Shown here piece after piece: positions 1-10,359 of a stretch of DNA of 64,000 nucleotides. The notes under the pieces were generated by a model. The model worked only from the letters and a program-made list of their open reading frames with translations, searched no databases and was not told the DNA's origin. Position 1 is the stretch's first letter. Every line of letters starts with the position of its first letter. Both the position numbers and the translations under genes were made by a program. The stretch lies in the NCBI GenBank assembly GCA_964270895.1, contig OZ185435.1; one strand, given 5' to 3'. This DNA is from Podarcis filfolensis. Its lineage: Eukaryota.

Positions 1-471
1 GAAAAATAGTAAAAACATTTAACTTCTTTTTTCAGTAATCTCTCTAGATAAATTAGAAGCTATCTCAAAGCTATGTAAAGATGTAATCCTGACTCCATTT
101 AAATAAATGGACTTTCACTAAACACAGGAAGCATGGTGTGATGAAAAAGTATGCAAAATTTGTTTGCTGCTTGAGATTATCTCCTGCCTGAAATAACTCT
201 TCCAAGTTGAAGCAGTCTTGAAATGGAAACATCTCCTTGGGTGTCTTCCAAGTACAGGAATTCTAATGGCTTTTAATTCTTCTGGTGTTGGATGAAAGGT
301 ACTTGAACTGTAAATCATAGTAGGTAAATGCCATCAGACTAAACGTAATTATACTTAAAAACCTGATACGATATTGATTCAATTCAACCAAACATAGCAC
401 TTAGTAAGAACTGATGAAAAGAACGATACCTATGTAACATTTGAAAAATATTCAAACCATCATTACAACAG

Positions 472-645
472 CTGTTGCCTCCAGTGATAATGGCAAGCAG
501 GAAGACACCACACAAAAACCACATGCAATGCATCCTGGGTGGGAAAGTGAAGATGAAGATACCACAAACACAACTATGGATAATATCCCACCTATAATTA
601 TTCTTTCAAGTGAAGGGAAGCATGAAAAGGAAACACATCATACAG
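472..645 (+). CDS. CD44: CD44 stem/variable-type exon A (174 nt, phase 1-1)
   Basis: acaacAG|CTGTTGCC...CATACAG|GTacc; open frame AVASSDNGKQEDTTQKPHAMHPGWESEDEDTTNTTMDNIPPIIILSSEGKHEKETHHT; homologous to five neighbouring exons and upstream of unambiguous CD44 TM/tail exons. Confidence 0.8.
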
Positions 646-1275
646 GTACCTCCCAGGAAATAGAACTTTAATAAATTTGCATTCTTTGTATTATTTTTCA
701 AATGTACCACATTGTCACCATACTCCATTTGAAGAGCTATCCCAACTACTCTCATTCTCTCTGCCAGTTGATAATAAAGTTCCATTCATTTGCAACAAAA
801 CAATGGTATTCATAACCCACTTAAAAGTAGAGTCAGTAATTACAGGAGACGACTCTCCATACTTAGCCTTCAAACCCAGGTGTGTGTTTTTTATGAGTCA
901 CTGTTAGAAGGTGGGTGTATAAATGCAGAAAGTACAGAAATAAATTGCCATAACTGCGACTTTCAGGGATGACAGTGACCACTGACTTAGCATCAGTCAG
1001 ATGAATGGAGTAATTTAGTGGTGGAGTAGTAAGGACAGGTAAAATACAAATAAATCTAGGGCTGAAGACCTATTTGGCATTACGCCTCCAAGTTACAAAA
1101 ACAAAACAAAATGTACATGAATAGTCTTGTAGAGATACAAATGTGTTTTTGTTAAACAAATCTGTTTCATTGAAATATTTTGAAGGAAATTCTGCCATCA
1201 ACATGCCCTTTAGAGATGCTGATGGGCTAACGTATGCATTATTCAGAAAGAGTCAGAAGCCTCCCAATACATAAC

Positions 1276-1513
1276 CATAGAATTATAGAGTTGGAGGGGA
1301 CCCCCAAAGGCCATCTGGTCCAAGCCCCTGCAATGCAGGAATCTCAACAAAAGTTTCCACAACAGTTGACCATCTAATCTCTGCTTAAAAACATCCAGTG
1401 AAGGAGAGTCCCTCACCTACTAAGGGAGTCCATTCCACTGTTAGGCTACTCCTATTGTCAGAAGGTTCTTCCTAATGTTTAGCTGGAATCTCCTTTCTTG
1501 TAACTTGAATCCA
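1276..1513 (-). mobile_element. CR1-type LINE 3' fragment
   Basis: catagaattatagagttggaggggaccc...ggccatctggtccaagcccctgcaatgcagg is the reverse complement of the CR1 3' end/(ATTCTRTG)-like tail. Confidence 0.65.
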
Positions 1514-1621
1514 TGTGCAGTAGAAGGCCAGGTAATGTGCCTCTCAGTAAACAATTTCGTAATAGATTACATAAACATTGTAATAAATGAATGAATGAAT
1601 GCTCTAACTATATTGTGACAG

Positions 1622-1786
1622 CTGTGGTCTCTGATGGTGGTAGTGACCATGAAGATTCTACTCAAGAAGCACATCCTGGCCAGAACAATGAACACAGGCA
1701 TCCTTCAAACACGTCAACAGATTATTTTGTACCTGGAATTATTTCTTCAGTTGAATACGTGCATGGAAATGAAACTTCACATATAG
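1622..1786 (+). CDS. CD44: CD44 stem/variable-type exon B (165 nt, phase 1-1)
   Basis: gtgacAG|CTGTGG...CATATAG|GTac; AVVSDGGSDHEDSTQEAHPGQNNEHRHPSNTSTDYFVPGIISSVEYVHGNETSHI. Confidence 0.8.
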   Translation: MWSLMVVVTMKILLKKHILARTMNTGILQTRQQIILYLELFLQLNTCMEMKLHI

Positions 1787-1900
1787 GTACAAGCAAGAAG
1801 AAGAAAATTCAGATATTCTCTTTGTTACGTTCTAGATGAATTAGGCTGCTGTATTGAGCTAGATAACAGGTTGCAATTTTAATCTTACTGAAATCAATTA

Positions 1901-2101
1901 CAGTGGTACCTCGGGTTACGAACTTAATTTGTTCCGGAGGTCTGTTCTTAACCTGAAACCTTTCTTAACCTGAGGTACCACCTTAGCTAATGGAGCCTGC
2001 TGCACTGCTTGTGCGCAATTTCTGTTCTCATCCTGGGGCAAAGTTCTTAACCCGAGGTACTACTTCCAGGTTAGCGGAGTCTGTAACCCGAAGTACCACT
2101 G
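1901..2101 (+). mobile_element. TcMar-Tigger-like MITE copy 1
   Basis: TIRs CAGTGGTACCTCGGGTTAC / GTAACCCGAAGTACCACTG, flanked by TA on both sides (1899-1900, 2102-2103); three more copies in window; strand is arbitrary reference orientation. Confidence 0.85.
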
Positions 2102-2251
2102 TATAGAAATTCATTGACATTAAACAAAACAAGGAAGGTGCTCGTGTCATGATAGGGTACAATGGTCTGTAATTGATATGAGAACTGGCCATGCAATCAT
2201 AATATTTGAACTTGATTCCAGCATCATTGGAATAGCAGTGGTCTATAGTTA

Positions 2252-2608
2252 AGGTGGGACGTGGGTGGCGCTGTGGGTTAAACCACAGAGCCTAGGGCTT
2301 GCCGATCAGAAGGTTGGTAGTTTGAATCCCCGCGATGGGGTGAGCTCCCGTTGCTCGGTCCCTGCTCCTGCCAACCTAGCAGTTCGAAAGCACATCAAAG
2401 TGCAAGTAGATAAATTGGTACCGCTCTGGCGGGAAGGTAAATGGCGTTTCCGTGCGCTGCTCTGGTTCGCCAGAAGTGGTTTAGTCATGCTGGCCACATG
2501 ACCCGGAAGCTGTACGCCGGCTCCCTCGGCCGATAAAGCGAGATGAGCGCTGCAACCCCAGAGTCGGCCACAACTAGACCTAATGGTCAGGGGTCCCTTT
2601 ACCTTTAC
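2252..2608 (+). mobile_element. Sauria SINE, full length
   Basis: tRNA-derived head GGGACGTGGGTGGCGCTGTGGGTTAAACC, body, (ACCTTT)n tail; target-site duplication CTATAGTTA at 2243-2251 and 2609-2617. Confidence 0.9.
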
Positions 2609-3018
2609 CTATAGTTATGGTATAAGCCTTGAACATCCATTTTTCATTCATGCACACAGTAAAGCTTTTAAGTAACAATAAAATACACTGCAAATATCTA
2701 GAGATAACTTGCTACTTAGTAGTATTCCTCTATCAGAAAGTTAGAATAAAAAGAAAACATTTCATGTAACTATAAAGAGGAAGTGTGTATTTTTGTTTTT
2801 TCATTCTGTTGATATATTCCAAATGAATTATATTCCTTTTGTGTCCTGGGTTTGTAAGGAAACTAAATTTGCATTGAGATCCACTAAAATGTGGTAATGG
2901 ATATCCATTAGCAATACTAATTTTAAAAAATTAAATGCGATGCTAAGCAAATCATGTGGGATGTAGTTCTGCAAATGTTACAGAACACTTAACATTAACC
3001 CAACCATCATTATCATAG

Positions 3019-3198
3019 CTGTGGATTCCAGTGATGATATCAAACATGAAGTTGCTACTCGTGATCCAACAGTACATGATATACATCATGAATCAGGTAG
3101 AGAAGATGATTATTCTACAAACAGCACGAAGGATGAAGTACCCATAGAAGTTATTCCTCCAGCTGGAAACAATAACATAGATAATTTCTATCATACAG
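3019..3198 (+). CDS. CD44: CD44 stem/variable-type exon C (180 nt, phase 1-1)
   Basis: atcatAG|CTGTGG...CATACAG|GTag; AVDSSDDIKHEVATRDPTVHDIHHESGREDDYSTNSTKDEVPIEVIPPAGNNNIDNFYHT. Confidence 0.8.
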
Positions 3199-3458
3199 GT
3201 AGTTGTGGCAGATCCATTCTTAATTATGTGGTGATTGGTGATGGTGTGGGGAATCACATTGCTCACAACTGGATTCTTATTTTCAGTCAGTAAATATAGT
3301 TGAACATGTAAGGTGCACAAGAAATGTAATTGCATGTAAATATGAGTAAAGCTGAGAAAATTGCGCAGTGAGTTATTGGGAGGGGAGTGGCTTGCAAAAG
3401 CCATCATTTTGTATTTTAACACCTCCAAACCTAAGTTCATCATTGATTCACCAAACAG

Positions 3459-3611
3459 CTGTCATACACAACGATCATGAAGACTCAACTCAACAACCAT
3501 TACCTCCCATTCATCAGCCAGGCTGGGATGCTGAAGAAATATATCCCACAAATACTTCTAGAGATGGTATACCGATGGGAGTTGATTCAGATAGTGAAAG
3601 CAAACAAACAG
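3459..3611 (+). CDS. CD44: CD44 stem/variable-type exon D (153 nt, phase 1-1)
   Basis: caaacAG|CTGTC...AAACAG|GTat; AVIHNDHEDSTQQPLPPIHQPGWDAEEIYPTNTSRDGIPMGVDSDSESKQT. Confidence 0.8.
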
Positions 3612-4937
3612 GTATTGCGCTGAATAATCTATTCATTTCATCACAATGTATGAAATGAAGCACTGTTTTTGAAACAAAGCATTTGTCGTTCTTTAAATCT
3701 GTACCCCGCCTTTCCACCAAATGGAAATGTTGATTAATGTCTAGATTTTAAGGTTGGAATTCTAACCTAAGAATATTATTTGTTCCTTTTAACATAAGGT
3801 TGCTGTTTTCGGGCAATTTGAGAGGGACTGATTCTTTGGGATCGATGTCTCATGCTCTAGGAAATCCTCTGATTTTAACTTTTGAATGTTAGATCTAGCC
3901 TCTGGGAGTTGAAAGTGCCCTATGGGGATATTTTTAGGCAATGATACATGACAAGGACAAGTGATTTGTTCAAAATAGGGATTAGGGCATAAATTATACT
4001 GAGGCATAGCCTTCTGAAAATTAGAATTAAAAGTTCTCTCACTAGAGGCAAGCTTGCTATTCCTTAATAATAATAAGGAACAACTCCTGTTCTAAGAGTT
4101 GATTTTATGCAAACCCCATTTAAAGGAGATGTTCCTCCCATCAAGTTTATATAGCAGGCTCCAGAAAAAACAGGCCTGGCAATATAGACAATAGCATTCA
4201 TTCCACGACACAAGAACTTGATAGTACCTTACCAGATATTTCTATGCTGATGTTTTGTTTTGTTCTCAAGCTAGTCTGTAGGGCATAATGTCCTTTGGTT
4301 TAAATTTCTGATCATGTGTAGAGCTTGTAGAACATAAACAAACAAGATATACAAATATGGTTCTGAAACTAAGTCTTACATTTTAATTCTTTATATCTCA
4401 TTCATTATGATTATTATTTGCATATGCCAATCACCCAGAGTCAAATAATGATGTTTGCTGTGATGATCATTTAATTATGACATGATTTATAATAAAATTA
4501 GCCCAAGTTAAAACCTGTAGAAGAGTTGAAATGAGTGTGTGAGAAAGGGAGTGGTGAGTAGAGAGCAGAAGGTTGAAGAACGTGGGCTCTCATCCACAAC
4601 TGACAAGTACTTGGCTGTAGCTCATGAATAGTTTTCTCTTCCATCAAAAGTATATAACACAAATGTCATTGTCAAGTTGATGAAATTTTCTGCATGCCTA
4701 ATCAACTGTCAGTGTCAGCTGGTGATGTCAGATGTTGGGTCAGAAAATAAAACCAAGGGGGAAGCCAGATCACTGTCAAAGTCTTTTGGAATTTCTGATT
4801 GTAGCAAATCTGGCATCCCAGCATGTTGTTTGGATAGAAATATTCTGCTGGTAGAGTAAGAAGTCAGTGGATCAGAGTGAAAAGCAGCTAATAGTTTTGC
4901 TATTTTTACAATCTCAATTCATTTACCATTGCCATAG

Positions 4938-5084
4938 ATGTGGCCAAAGAAGATTCAACCCCAGAACCAGTGAGGCAATGGGGTCATGAAGACAAATACA
5001 CGACGAAATCAACAGCAGATGTCTTAGTTCCTGGAATTGTTCCTCGAAGAGGAATAAGTCAAAAAAATAATACTGATCATACAG
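4938..5084 (+). CDS. CD44: CD44 stem/variable-type exon E (147 nt, phase 1-1); not in ORF track
   Basis: gccatAG|ATGTGG...CATACAG|GTat; DVAKEDSTPEPVRQWGHEDKYTTKSTADVLVPGIVPRRGISQKNNTDHT. Confidence 0.78.
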
Positions 5085-6557
5085 GTATTCAGTAGAATGG
5101 TGGTGGGATTCCTTTTAACCCTGTCTATCTTAGGTGAGATAATCTCATGTTGTTAATTTTCGTGTCTATTTTAAAACAGACACAGAAAATTAAATTGCAT
5201 GTAACCTGAACTTATATAAGGTTGAGGAACAGAAACTAAATTGTTACCTTGGCCAGGACCTTATTGGTAAAACGAATGTGTTGAAGTTGCTACTTGGGGA
5301 CTGTCCCATGTGAAGATCACCTCATAAAATAATGTCATAAAATCATTTGTAAGCAGTTGCAGCCTAATGACATTTCCATATCTTTGAACTTCAGTTTTGA
5401 AATTTCCCTGTCAAAATTCCTTGCTTAATATTCTTTAATTGTGGCTAAGGGAGCACATGTGATTGTGATAGCCATGGCCATTTTGATAGCCACCAAGATT
5501 GTGAGAAGTACTTGTCTGTTTGCCAGGCACTGCAGGTTTATACAACATAAATTTGTTGAAGGAGTATTGCATTTTGAGTTGTGATCAAATTGACTGTTTC
5601 CCAACTATTCCTGTTACATATGTTATTTTTTTGCGGGGGGGGGGGGAGTGTATGATATGTACAGGGGAATAATTTTCTAAAACAATTTAGGTCATGATTT
5701 CTCTATTCCGTTCTGCAAATATTTGCATTTATTGTTTCAATTATGTCATTTTGCTATCATGTGAAGCTAATGATCCTTCACAAAATGTATCTATTATACT
5801 GTCTGTTGTTACATCTCCTACTTGAGAGCCTAGTGATGTCTTTAAATACTGTATTTATGTCAGTATTAGTGCCAAGATATAAGATTTTGCAGGATGCTTG
5901 CTTAAAGATGGCAATGTGTTGAAGTTTTTGGCGTACTTTAGAGACTCGTTTCCTTCCTAGTTTCAGTGGCTAGTGTTTCTTTTTAGGTAGACAATTAGAG
6001 CATCTTTTAATATCTGTAGTAAGAACTGATATATTGATTATTCATTTCACTTTGTTGTTCCTGGCATATTCTTGGGCTTTCCAAACTGCTGGTGTGCTTT
6101 ACATTTCTTGAATATTTATCTCTGCAGAGATAAAAATCGGACTGAATTTGAGCCAGTGGGTTTGTTTAAGTTTTGAAAAAGGGAAGGAAATGACAACACC
6201 TTACTTCCCAAGCGTGGTGTGGGTTAATGGGCTTGTTAGCAGGAGCCATGCATGAATTTTATTATTAGACAATATTTCCATGTATATGCACACTCTAATG
6301 TGGCATCTTTTGCCAAATGGTCCTTGGATCCAATGTTACTTTGATCTGAGCTGCTTCTGGCTGTTGATCACTTGAGTCTCTGTCCATTACTACTGGAAGT
6401 TTTCAAGAGCAGATCAGAAACATTGCAACCTTCCCTATTTTGTTCTTTTTAAACTTTCAGTATAGTAGGAATTTTGTAAAACAAAAAAACGGTTTTAATT
6501 CTGCAAATTTCAAGGTTAATTGATAGTTAATAGTTGATTCAACCATCATTACAACAG

Positions 6558-6743
6558 CAGTAGTCTCAAAGGATGGAACCAAAACTGAAGAATCAACACA
6601 AGATCCACAGTTACATGGATTGCGTCCTGAATGGAGCACTGAAGATGAGCCTGTTGTAAATGGCACTCAAGATTATGTATTACCTGGAGTTTTTCCTGAA
6701 ATTGACAGTGGTTCTGACAGACATCCATCATCGCCTACTGCCA
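6558..6743 (+). CDS. CD44: CD44 stem exon F (186 nt, phase 1-1; last variable or first constant stem exon)
   Basis: acaacAG|CAGTAG...ACTGCCA|GTaag; AVVSKDGTKTEESTQDPQLHGLRPEWSTEDEPVVNGTQDYVLPGVFPEIDSGSDRHPSSPTA. Confidence 0.8.
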
Positions 6744-7643
6744 GTAAGAGTTATAAATTCCAGGAACTTCAGCTAACCTTTACTTTTCCATACATCAAAA
6801 TCCTGGGGAAATGTGGTGTGGAAACAAATAGCTATTAGATGGAAATCTTACTGTGATTACATTCTGTTTATTTCATGGCTTCTTGCAAAGATGCATGATC
6901 AAACTCTGATTTTAATGAATGCGTTTGCACTAGTCGAAGGAAGGTGTGTGATCGTTTCTCAACAATCTTTCTGTCACTCCAGTTTCGGGTATTAGTTGAT
7001 TTTTCTCCCTTTTCTCACTTATGGGAACTATTTTCAAATTAGTAACAGATTAATACATATTTCTATAAGTGTCACTACAAACAATTACACATAGCAATAT
7101 TAGCTAACGTCTGCGGCGTTTGCATGCATTTGATAAGTGTATGTGGTGTTATGGAAAGGCAGTTTCACCCTGATTGCTACAAGGATACACTTCATAGAAC
7201 TCAAAATACAGGGCTAAAGAATAAAAAAAAAATACCACTAGCTGGAAATTTAAAAGAAGAAAGCATTTTATCATGGTTTGGAAAACTGATTTTAATTTTC
7301 ATAGAGTAATGGATCCCTCTTTTCCCTTTCCTTAGCATAGCCTGCCAGTATTTTACAAAAGAAGGCTTTTTGAAATGGTTGGCAAACAAGGTGTGATATT
7401 GAGAAACCCAAATGAAAGCTCTGAGGAAACTGTGGTTTATATGGAGCTTAAGCACTGCTGTATCCTTGTACTTTACCATTCCAATGTCAAGGAATAGGGC
7501 CTTGTTATGAAACTCAACACACCTGTGTTTCCTTTGACAATATCATGTATTTTTTTTGTCTGTGAAAACTCAAGGGCTCCAGATTTATATAACACAGCTC
7601 TAATGTTTTGTGAGTAATGCATGTTTGTTTGTTTTTTATCTAG

Positions 7644-7742
7644 GTGTTAACCCAAATGACCCGAAGGGGTCTGGAAGAGGGACACACATTGACCAGACAG
7701 GGGAATCGCCAAAAAGCGAGCCACGAATGGCTATCATACCAG
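7644..7742 (+). CDS. CD44: CD44 membrane-proximal stem exon (99 nt)
   Basis: Strong U-tract ttttatctAG| and CCAG|GTtgg; ...VNPNDPKGSGRGTHIDQTGESPKSEPRMAIIP, joining in frame to D-WLIVV, like human TPQIP-E-WLII. Confidence 0.85.
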
Positions 7743-7842
7743 GTTGGTGTCTTTACTTTTACCATTTTTGTCTATTATAAAGTCCTATTGGTTTGTGATT
7801 GCTCCTCTCACTGCCACCACTAGAAGTGGTGAGCCTCTAGGT

Positions 7843-8045
7843 CAGTGGTTCCCAATCTTTTTAAGGCCATGCCCCACCTCAGCATCTCTAAAATCCTGAT
7901 TCCCCACCCCGGTGACATATAATTCTTATTATTTAAGAAGTGAACTCCTATTCACGTGGAGGAAGCCTAAAAGGCCATTAACTGTTAATAACTCGTTCTC
8001 AAATTGCCCCCGTGTGGGGCGTGCGCCCCACTTTGGGAACCACAG
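7843..8045. mobile_element. hAT-Charlie-like MITE
   Basis: TIRs CAGTGGTTCCCAA / TTGGGAACCACAG; 8-bp TSD CTCTAGGT / CTCTAGAT (7/8), matching the NTCTAGAN target preference of Charlie elements. Confidence 0.8.
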
Positions 8046-8936
8046 CTCTAGATGCTTTGCATGTAGAACTTCTTAGGTTAAATCACTGAGAAATTAAGTT
8101 AAAGGTTCAGTCCAGGCAAGACCGTCACCTTACATTTCAGGATCTTCTGCCAGGCAGACAAGGAAAACACTTGGTTACATAGGCCACTAGATTCATTATA
8201 AAGTGGCTTCATTTTTGTCATGTATTTGCAAGGTCAGTGTAGCAGGAAACAGAAGGAAAAGTCTCAGGAACTTAGTTATCAGTTCTTGGGGAGCCCAGGG
8301 GCAAGTCACTCTCACTGGTCTCCCTCAGTGTCATTGTTGCTAGTTGCCACTGCCAGACAGAGCCCGTGAGGAAGCAAGAGGCAGCAGCTACTACTGTTTC
8401 TTTTCAGCACCATTGTTGTTTGCTAGCTCATCCTATCTGGGTCAGAGATGGGGAGTCCAGGGGCGGGGGCAGGCACCTTTAAAAATAATATTGCAGCACC
8501 ATGCTAGTTCCTTGCAAGTATTTCCTTCATGGAGCCATGTATGTGGATACAGACTTTTGGAGAAATCTTAGCGTAACGAAGGAAGAACCTGGAAACAACC
8601 AGCAGCCATTTTCTTAGTCACAGCAGTGCTGTGTACCAGCTGTTATGATCAGGTTTCTGTATGCTTCCCACTTCTCACAAAAGAGTCTCCATACAGTTAT
8701 TTTTGCCATTTATATGGGCATGCAGGGGAGGAAAGAATATTTGTGAGCCAGACCTGAGAGGAAACCTCACTCTGTTGCTTCATACTTTGAAAGAAAACAA
8801 TAAGCATGGGTCCTTTAAGGAAGTAAAGTGGGGTTATTAATGATACTATGTCAACTACTGTGTCAACTCTCTATCCAGATGACTAGCCAGTAAAAGTTTC
8901 CATGTTTTTCCCCCCCCCTCGAACTTCCACCCACAG

Positions 8937-9015
8937 ATTGGCTTATTGTAGTTGCTTCTCTCTTGGCACTGGCATTGATACTTGGTGTTTGCATTGCTGT
9001 GAACAGTCGAAGGAG
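8937..9015 (+). CDS. CD44: CD44 transmembrane exon (79 nt)
   Basis: ccacAG|ATTGG...AGGAG|GTaag; [25 protein letters not shown], near-identical to human [25 protein letters not shown]. Confidence 0.97.
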
Positions 9016-9449
9016 GTAAGGAATGGCTTTTGTAAATTTCCACTGGTTAGTGCCAGAACTTTCTTTTAGTCTTGTTGCTGGGAAATTCCAAGATCTGACA
9101 TCTTTAAATAATACAAAGGAGAAAGCAGCTCCTTCTTTCAAGAGATGTCCATTGAAAAGCACACGTCAAGGCACACAATAGTGCATTTATACAAAAGTGT
9201 GGCTGGTAAATATTTAAATAAGTAAGCAATGAAGGAACTTCTTTATGCATCTGAATGTCTTTTAACCTTGCAACTGTAATAGTAAGCTGGTAATCAGTAA
9301 GTTTAAATTTTTCTTGTTTTTATAGTGGGTGTGTGGATGGATAGATAGATGAGAGGGAGAGAGAAGTTGTCAACTATGTATTTTTAATGTGTGTTTTTTT
9401 CCTTTGACATGAAATTGCACTATACAAGTATTTTCATAAAGGATGCTCA

Positions 9450-9501
9450 GTCCTGCGTGTGGGCATCCCATAGGCATCTAGTTGGCCACTGTGAGAGCAG
9501 G
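9450..9501 (+). mobile_element. short CR1-like 3' remnant
   Basis: gggcatcccataggcatctagttggccactgtgagagcagg; similar to 10198-10261 and reverse of 39347-39460. Confidence 0.45.
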
Positions 9502-10197
9502 CAGGCAAGTGAGCAGGTTGGCATAGGAGGGATGGAGCTCTCCTTTCATCCTATGCAACCAGCATAGAAGCCAAGTAGGCTGCCAAAGGAAGGAAACCCT
9601 GTCTTCTGGGCCCGGTATAGAAATGCAGTAGGTTAGAGGAGAGATGGAGCTCCTCGTCCTCCTCCTTCCAGCTGTCAGCACAATAGTAAAAATTGCAGGC
9701 TTGTAACTTTTGTGGGCTTCTTTGCCACGCAGCAAAGCACCCACCTGCCTGTAACTGTAGATGATCCTATACTGCTAACCCATTTTGAGTCATGAGCAGA
9801 CAGCTCTCCACTGACTCTGGGCTGAGAATCACTACCTTGGCTGCAATCTGCATTCCAATCCTATCAAAGTCACGTTACTTCATTGTTGTTGTTTTTATCT
9901 TATCTACCACACAGAAGGTACTTTTCAGAAGTATTTCCTGCTAGTTTGTAAGTTGATGCATGGATCTAAGTGTGGACATAAACGTTTACTAATTAATGAT
10001 AGTCTCTGACCTTTCATAGCTGCTGTTTTCTTCCTTTGTCTTGAAAGAAGCAGACAAGCACAGACCAACCATGATCAAATGCAGATAACATTTCCTTTAA
10101 AATGGTTCAGTCTGGAAGCTATAAATCAAAATGGCATCCTAACTGAAAACATAGTTTTTCTTCGAATATCACAAGATAAAATACTACATGCATACTT

Positions 10198-10261
10198 GCA
10201 GGTTTCCCATGGGCATCTTGTTGGCCAAAGTGAGGACAGGATGCTGGACTTTTCTTATGTT
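10198..10261 (+). mobile_element. short CR1-like 3' remnant
   Basis: ggtttcccatgggcatcttgttggccaaagtgaggacaggatgctggac...ttcttatgtt. Confidence 0.45.
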
Positions 10262-10359
10262 TTAAAGCTTTGATTAACCCAGATAGAATTGGTGAGTTTT
10301 ACTTCACTTTTGTATGTGATTGTGTGCTTTGACATCCTATGTTTTCCCCTTTCCATTAG

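Noticed and set aside
373-397. Acceptor-like ttgattcaattcaaccaaacatAG upstream of exon A
   Set aside because: The frame hits TGA after five codons; at most a decayed duplicate acceptor
768-879. Apparent AG...GT exon between CD44 exons A and B
   Set aside because: 112 nt (frameshifting) and no similarity to the cassette consensus
4719-4855. Apparent extra cassette (tcAG|CTGGTG...AGA|GTaag)
   Set aside because: 137 nt with an in-frame TAA; no cassette motif
403-6030. 13-bp exact match agtaagaactgat at 403-415 and 6018-6030
   Set aside because: About one such match is expected by chance in 7 kb of AT-rich DNA
472-6743. CRISPR-like or Dscam-like mutually exclusive array
   Set aside because: Units are coding exons in eukaryotic introns; no repeat-spacer structure and no shared docking/selector sequence seen
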